NCBI RefSeq assembly: GCF_009834535.1
Contig: NC_045696.1
Coordinates: 102,860,001 to 102,924,000, forward strand
DNA: 64,000 bases
Direction of reading: 5' to 3'
From: Camelus ferus
Lineage: Eukaryota
The notes beneath the pieces were generated by a model. It ran no database searches. It saw only the letters and a program-made list of their open reading frames with translations, and was not told the origin of the DNA. The translations under genes and the position numbers were made by a program. Shown here piece after piece: positions 57,240 to 64,000 of the stretch (its first letter is position 1; every line of letters begins with the position of its first letter).

Positions 57240-58100
57240 AAACAGCCTGATTAAAATATGGGCAGAATTTCTCCAAAGAAGATATCAAATGGACAATAAA
57301 TACGTGAAGAGATTATCAACATGACTAATCATTAGGGAAATGTCAATCAAACCCACAATAAGACATCACTTTATATCCATCAGGATGTCTATTATTAACA
57401 AAACAAAATAACAAGCATTGGAGAGGATGTGGATAAATTGGAACCTTTCTGCATTGTTAGTGGGAATGTAAAACAGTGCAGTTTCTGTGGAAAACAGTAC
57501 AGCAATTCCTCAAAAAATTAAACATGGAATTAGCATCTAATCTAGCAATTTCCACTTCTGGGTATATACTACAGAAAATGCAAGCTAGGACTCAAACAGA
57601 TATGTACACACTCATGTTCATAGCATTATTCACAAAAGCCAGAAGGTGGAAACAACCCAAGTGTCCATCCACAGATAAACAGATAAGTAAAATATGGTAT
57701 AGACATACAATAGAGTATTATTTAGCCTTAAAAAGGAAGGGAATTCCGACTTATGCTGCAGCACGGATGAATGTTGAAGACATTACACTAAATGAAATAA
57801 GTCAGTCACACATACAAAAAATAGCTATTGTATGATTGCACTTTTATGAGGTACCTAGAGTAGCCAAAATCATAGAGACAGAAAGTAGAATGGTGGCAGC
57901 CAGGGCATGGGGGAGTGGACAATGGGGAGTTATTATTTAATGTGCATAGAGTTTCAGTTCGGGAGGATGAGAAGAGCTCTGGAGAAGAATGGTAATTATG
58001 AATGCATAGCTATGTAAGTGTATGCACACTTAAAAATGGTTAAAGTGGTAAGTTTTATGTTATGTGTATTTTACAACAATGAAAAAAGGAAGAAAAAAAA
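57240..58100 (+). mobile_element. L1MB-like ORF2 tail and 3' UTR
   Basis: ORF 57476..57835 is a decayed L1 ORF2 C-terminus (LWKTV..FLKKL, WKQPKCPSTD). 3' UTR catagagacagaaagtagaatggtgg...cacttaaaaatggttaaa. Confidence 0.88.
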
Positions 58101-58719
58101 CACCTAGAGCCATCTTGAAGATGCCCTCTATGACTAAACCTGGGACAATTTAAGAACCAAAATAATTAAGCACAGTAATGAATTAAGCCACTGGAAAAAG
58201 TAGGAATTCCTGAGTCAATATCAATGACAGAGAGAGAAGAGAAGAGACATCTCTTGGTTACAGTAGAATGCCAAGTAAATGAGTGGTAAATGTGGAGGAA
58301 GTGCTGGAGTTGAAAAAGAAAACGTAATTTTGCAACCACCATGGTAACACTAGATTAGGAAAGAATCATCAATGCACACTAAATCTAGGGAGAAATTCCG
58401 TTAAGGAGCAGGATATCTGCATAGCCTTCAAGTGTTTCCCCATGGGGTGCTTATTAAGCACAAGGGAGAAAAAGAAAACAGTAATTTTACAGTGGAGAAA
58501 CTGGGCAACATCTTAATCTGATGATAAAAACTAACATCAACTATAAGGGATATATAGATCTCTTGTGCCTCTAAATATATCAGTGTATAAACTTGATGAC
58601 TATACTGTGGTAATATAAGAGAAAATCCTTATTCTTATTAAGTATATGCTAAGGAACTCATTAGCAAAGAGTCATGAGGTATGGAACGTGCCCTCAAATG
58701 GTTTAGGAAAAAACACTGT

Positions 58720-58721
<2 letters not shown>

Positions 58722-58750
<29 letters not shown>
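58722..58750. repeat. (CA)n microsatellite
   Basis: About 14 AC units read directly. Confidence 0.95.
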
Positions 58751-58753
<3 letters not shown>

Positions 58754-58924
58754 GTAGGAGAGCACAAATATTAAAGCAAGTGAAATAAACAACTAACAAC
58801 AGGGAACCTAGGTAAAGGGTATATGAGTGTTTTTGTACAGGTTTTAGTTTTGCCATTTCTTACAAGTTTGGAATTATTTTCACATAAACCTAAAAAAAAA
58901 AAAAGATAACTCTCTTAAAGGTTT

Positions 58925-59054
58925 TTTTGGGGGTTGGGGTTGGGAGGTAATTAGGTTTACATATTTATTTTTAGAGGAGGTACTGGGGAATGAACCCATG
59001 TCCTCGTGCATGCTAAGCATGTGCTCTACCACTTGAGCTATACCCTCCTCCCCC
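58925..59054 (-). mobile_element. tRNA-derived SINE (Vic-1/VicSINE-like)
   Basis: Same head as the other three copies, with an AAATA...CCTAATTACC tail similar to the copies at 3.9 kb and 34.4 kb. Confidence 0.88.
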
Positions 59055-62000
59055 TTAGAGCTTTTTTAAATCCAGACATGCCATTAATTTTAATCTAAGA
59101 GCTTAACTAAAGGCAATATTTATTTAATAATATGAATTAATTTGTCCTTTAGTTTTCATCTATTAATGCTGTGCCAGTGACCAGAAACACAAATGAAAGG
59201 AAAAAGAAACACCAAACAACAAAAAACTGGGACAACATAAGGCAGCAAATTGGAAAAGACATCGAATTAGAAAAATTATGTTACCTTGGCTTTTCATTTT
59301 TTTTTTCTTTCCTCAAACTTCTTTCCTAGAAATAACAAATGTACCTAGGCCTTTTTTGTAATCACCTTTTCACCTTTTGGAAGGACATAGTGGCCTGTTT
59401 GCTGCTGGGCCTTATTTTTGTGGCCATTTAATGGTAATAAATAATCAATACAGTTAGACTTTAAACTCACCAGAGAAAAGAAGAGGTAAATTTAATAGCT
59501 AGTGGATTTGTTGTTAATTGTGTTTGATTTGCTTTTGGGAAAAGGTAGAGATTGTCTTTTCCTCTTTTACTTCAACAGTCTATGTTTGGGTGGAGTCCCT
59601 GCTTCCACAGCTTGTTTAAATTTTTGAGTTTGATGTTTACCAGCCAGAAGATACGCAAAGGGTCACAAAGCACAGCGATTATTTCAAATGCTTCTTGCAG
59701 TATGCTGAAGCAATCTGGCTTGCTGGGCTCCAAGTAAATGGCTGTGTCTCTTGGGGTTCAGTCCAGGATAATTAAAGTTAACATTTGGAATCAAATTATT
59801 TTTGTCATGGTATTAAGCAATATTCATTTAAACACAGTTCTCCCAGAAGAAGGCAGAACCAGAGAATCCTTTAATATATTTATAATCTAAATCCACTACA
59901 AATACACATGATAAATATGAAAATATTATCAGTGAATTTCAAGTACTTTCTGGATATTTAGAAGATTTTTCATATCTTCAGATATGTTTCAGCTACCTGA
60001 AATCAAATCAATATAACTTTCAAGAGACAGCCTCTGCCAATTGAGGCTTGACCAGTAATATTTTTCTATCTTCTTTTCCAAGAGCATAAAGGATGTTTGG
60101 TCCACTTGGGATTCTCCAGAATGCATCAGCAGGGGAAAGAACGGGACTGATGAAAATTATTCCAATAATAAGGGTAATCTTGTAATGACCCTTCAATATA
60201 TGCACTGACAGCATGGTGCTGTGGCCAAAAGAAATATGCAGTTTCACTAAATTTATTATAATAATTAGTGAGAACCAGAAAACCTTCCACTGCTTGCCTC
60301 TGCCTGGACAGTGACAAGGAGACCACACCTTAACATGACTTTGGGCAATTCCTCTGTTTTCACTGACATGACTTTATTCTTCGAGGAAAAGAAGGCAAAG
60401 TGTTTGATGGTTCATTGCAGGCACTACTTGGGAGACTCAACTCTTCAGTGGGAAACACTGATGGACAGTTAATACTCTAAAAGATTCTTTGACTCCTTCC
60501 CCTCGAAATCCTCCCCTTGCTATTTCCACCAATCTTGACTGATGTATGGTGATCCTTACCCAGTAATCAGTCTCCCCTCTATTCCTCTCCCACACTGAAA
60601 GGCTGTCCTGAAACCACAATTCCAAATCTCAAATTCTGACCTTCACTGGAAGACACTGCTGGGGTTTTGCAGGTGGTGTTTTCTCTTACTGCAGTAAGCA
60701 GTAAAACTCATTTTTGTCTTATCAGTAGGTTGTGTTGGTGATATATGGGGAATCAGCCTTTGATGTTAATTTTATTTAAAAAATGTTGGGCTTTGCAAGT
60801 ATAGCAAATGACTTACAAGTAATTGGATTAAAAGTAAGGAGCCAAAATGTGCTTCCTCAAATAAATGGTAAGTTTCCAATTGGTAACTACAATACCACCC
60901 TACAGGTAATTAGGGAATAGGGTTGACCACTATTGTCTAAAGCCAATTCTAAAGAACAAGAAGTACCAGGAGAACCCCACAAAGAGGTTGTTCTCCGAGT
61001 TTTAAAATGGACAACTGCCCTGAGTGCTCAATCTTCCTTCCTGAAGACCTGTCTTGGCAGGGGTAGACAAGGACAATGAGGAACTTCCAACAATTGAGAC
61101 ATGAGAGAGATGTTGTTTCTCCTTTTGTTTCAGTGTCCTAATCTGTGAAATAGGATATCTTACAGAGATATTAGGAAAAGACTCAACCAAACATGGAGGT
61201 TTATCTTGGATAAACCATCCATTCTCCCCCATTTTTTGTGTGGGAACATAACCTATTGATATTGAAAAGAATACAGCAGCCAGATGGATGCATGCATGCT
61301 CTCCCATCTTTTCTGTGCATCAGTGAATTCTCTGTGCCTAAGATACAGCCGACTTTACCAGGTAGGAAATTTTACACTGCTGGTTTAGATAGCTTCTCAC
61401 ATCCCTTCTATTTTAGTTAATTACCCAATTCTTTACTAACAGTCTCAAATAGGAACACTGCAAGTTTTCCTTCTTTTAGTTCATACCACTTTGCAACTTT
61501 TCATTTCCCTTAAAGCTTCAATTCCAGATGAGTTCATTTTTGTTAATGATTTCTGAGAGGGCTGTGCTATACAATTAATGGTTCAGTAAGGATAAAGGCA
61601 TGATTTGCTATTCAGATTTCTTTCTTATTTTACATATCATCACTTCTCCTCCATTTGGAATGTCCAAATGAGATTTATGTTTTCCCTACTTAAACTGTAA
61701 TTGAAATTAAGGTCATATGTGTGTGTGCACATTTGTACACAGATATAAGTGTAAAGTGTATACACATATATCTCGTATGTAGGTGAGTATATTAATTGCA
61801 TTGGATTTTTTACATGTTTTAATGAACAGATTCAATTTCCTATACCCACTCTTGTGTTAGTTTCCTGGCTTTCAGGTCCCCAAATCACTACCGTCTGTTT
61901 TTCAGACTCTTATTCATATAATTATTTTTTTTCCTTTCAATAATGATGAACAATCAAGAGAATGCAGCTCAGTGACACACTGGATAGAAGAGAGATGACA

Positions 62001-63039
62001 GAGTCTCCAAGACCATAAATGAGTCCTGCTCTTAACTATTTGATCTGTCCCTTTCCCTTGCTTTCATAGTTATTGTATGTCATTTTCGTCCTTTCATATT
62101 CCTCTTCTTTCACACATTATGATACTTATCATCATGAGGTGAAAAACTATATTACTACAACTTTTTACAAATGAGTTAGGCTTCTTTGGGATAAAGTTTC
62201 ATGGGAAACTGGTACTTTTCTAGCAGATCTATTCCCAGAGCTCTAAAATTACTGAATAAACAAAGCAGATTTGATAGCCACAGTAACACTCTGCCCCTTC
62301 CCAGAGGCCTGCCCTTTCTCATTCTACATTAGTACACTCTTTCAAGCATCCTAGAGACTTAGACTATGACCCCTACTCATACTAGAAGAACGCTCTCTCT
62401 AAAAACAGAAATGTAAAAGACTGAGACCCTCAGACCCATCCTATAGCTATTGCAAAATAGTTACAGAGCATTTTTCTTTAATGTCCTGCAAACAACTATT
62501 AAAAGTCAAGCCATACAATTAATTTATACAATAGTAAGAAATGCTGTATTTCGGACCCAGGGCCATAAAAAGTTATGTGACACACATATTCTAAAAGGAA
62601 GATGTATATGAATATTTCCAACAACTATAGATCCTAGATGAAGCACCCTGACACAAGATGTGAAAGAAAGTGAACTTATGGCAACTGCAATCAGAAATGG
62701 GCTTCTTCAAGAATGGTCGTTTCTGCTAGGAAGATGCCACATTATTGGCTTTCTGGAAAGTGGAGGACAAGAAAGCCATGCTAGTCAACACCCAATTCTT
62801 ACTTCTCAGTTCTTACTTAACAGGAAATGGGAGTCCCTGTTAGATAGTCCAAGACTAACCACACACCACTGCTCTAAGGTCATGGCTTCCTTATAGAAGA
62901 GACTTAACTTCAGCAAAATCAAGCATTATACTTGCCAACAGAAATGAAGGAAACAGCTTAGCAGTAGCTTGCTGTTAACAGCTACAGCAGTGACCAGCAC
63001 ATTAACTAGTTGCTTACTACTACCACCACATGAGAATGG

Positions 63040-63260
63040 CAGTATAGAGTAGTGATTAGAAGGCTGGGCTCTGGAGCTAGGCTACTGGGGTCATATCCTG
63101 GCTGGACCACTGTGTAACCTCTCGGTGCCTCAGTTTCCCCACCTGTAAAATCATAGTATTTACCTTGTTTTAAGGCCGCTGGATGGAGTCAAAGGGATAA
63201 TTCATGTGGTGTGTTTAGAACACTGATTGGTACCTACTACGCACTTAGTAAATACAGATG
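63040..63260 (+). mobile_element. MIR SINE
   Basis: gggctctggagctagg...ctcggtgcctcagtttccccacctgtaaaa. Confidence 0.7.
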
Positions 63261-63689
63261 TCCACCTAATAATCTGGACATTTTGAAGGGAAACGTATGG
63301 TGACTATAAATTCCTGGCCTTTGACAAGATCTGAATGGAAAAGCTGATGACAGAATGATCTAGTACAAAAAAAAAGCTAAAATTTTGTGAAATGGTAAAA
63401 CATGTGGTAAAACTGTGTAGTATTCTTATTTCAACCAATCAACAAGAACACTGGCACTAAGCAAATATTCATTAATAAACATAACTCAGTAATTATAATA
63501 ACATAATCTGAATACTATTATCTTAAGAAGTTCATCCAAAGTACCTTGAGTCTTAATTCCACTCATTAAAAAATGCAGCTGAATTCTTACCTAATGAAAA
63601 CCTAGTTTTTTACAGGAAGCCAAAATTATGTTAAAGCAAAGGTTTTGCCTGGGTTTAAAGATCTGTTAATAAGGGATCCATGATCCTTA

Positions 63690-63860
<171 letters not shown>

Positions 63861-64000
63861 TTAATTTTACAAGTAGATAATAAAATTAAAATTTGAAAAA
63901 TAATAATCCATTTCTTTAAAATAGGATAGTGTAATTCATATAGGGACTTAATTTTAAAAACCTAAGAAATACTCCCTAACCCAAAACAAATTCATCATTT

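Noticed and set aside
57476..57835. 119-aa ORF
   Set aside because: Decayed L1 ORF2 C-terminus, not a host gene.
54875..58100. Direct L1MB-like 3' repeats flanking PLS1 exons 7-9 as a recombination substrate
   Set aside because: The copies are short and visibly too divergent for efficient non-allelic recombination.
60060..60770. Possible LTR or small gene (ORFs 60020..60328, 60437..60625)
   Set aside because: The ORFs have no recognisable homology or splice context. The region may be an old LTR, but I cannot support a family assignment.

Overview
Mammalian genomic DNA, AT-rich and repeat-laden. It is probably camelid, judging from tRNA-derived SINEs that resemble Vic-1/VicSINE. Two protein-coding genes lie in tandem on the minus strand. 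The 3' part of PLS1 (plastin-1/I-plastin) has 11 coding exons from 63807 down to the stop at 33569, plus a 3' UTR. The 5' part of TRPC1 has a CpG-island promoter near 29.1 kb and coding exons 1-5 from 28596 down to 188, and the gene continues beyond the left edge. All 16 exons were delimited by GT-AG splice sites with consistent phases. Exon numbering follows my recollection of the human genes. The rest is intron/intergenic sequence with L1, L2, MIR, tRNA-SINE, MER2, MER20, MER58, a fossil Charlie/hAT transposase and LTR remnants; repeat family names are from recognition, not a database search. I see no novel prokaryote-style system. The most interesting signals are in the TRPC1 5' leader: an in-frame CUG in a perfect Kozak context giving a 101-aa N-terminal extension, two out-of-frame upstream AUGs (one inside an NRF1 palindrome), and a strong G-quadruplex motif. 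Also notable is an inverted SINE pair flanking a frame-preserving PLS1 exon 7-9 block.
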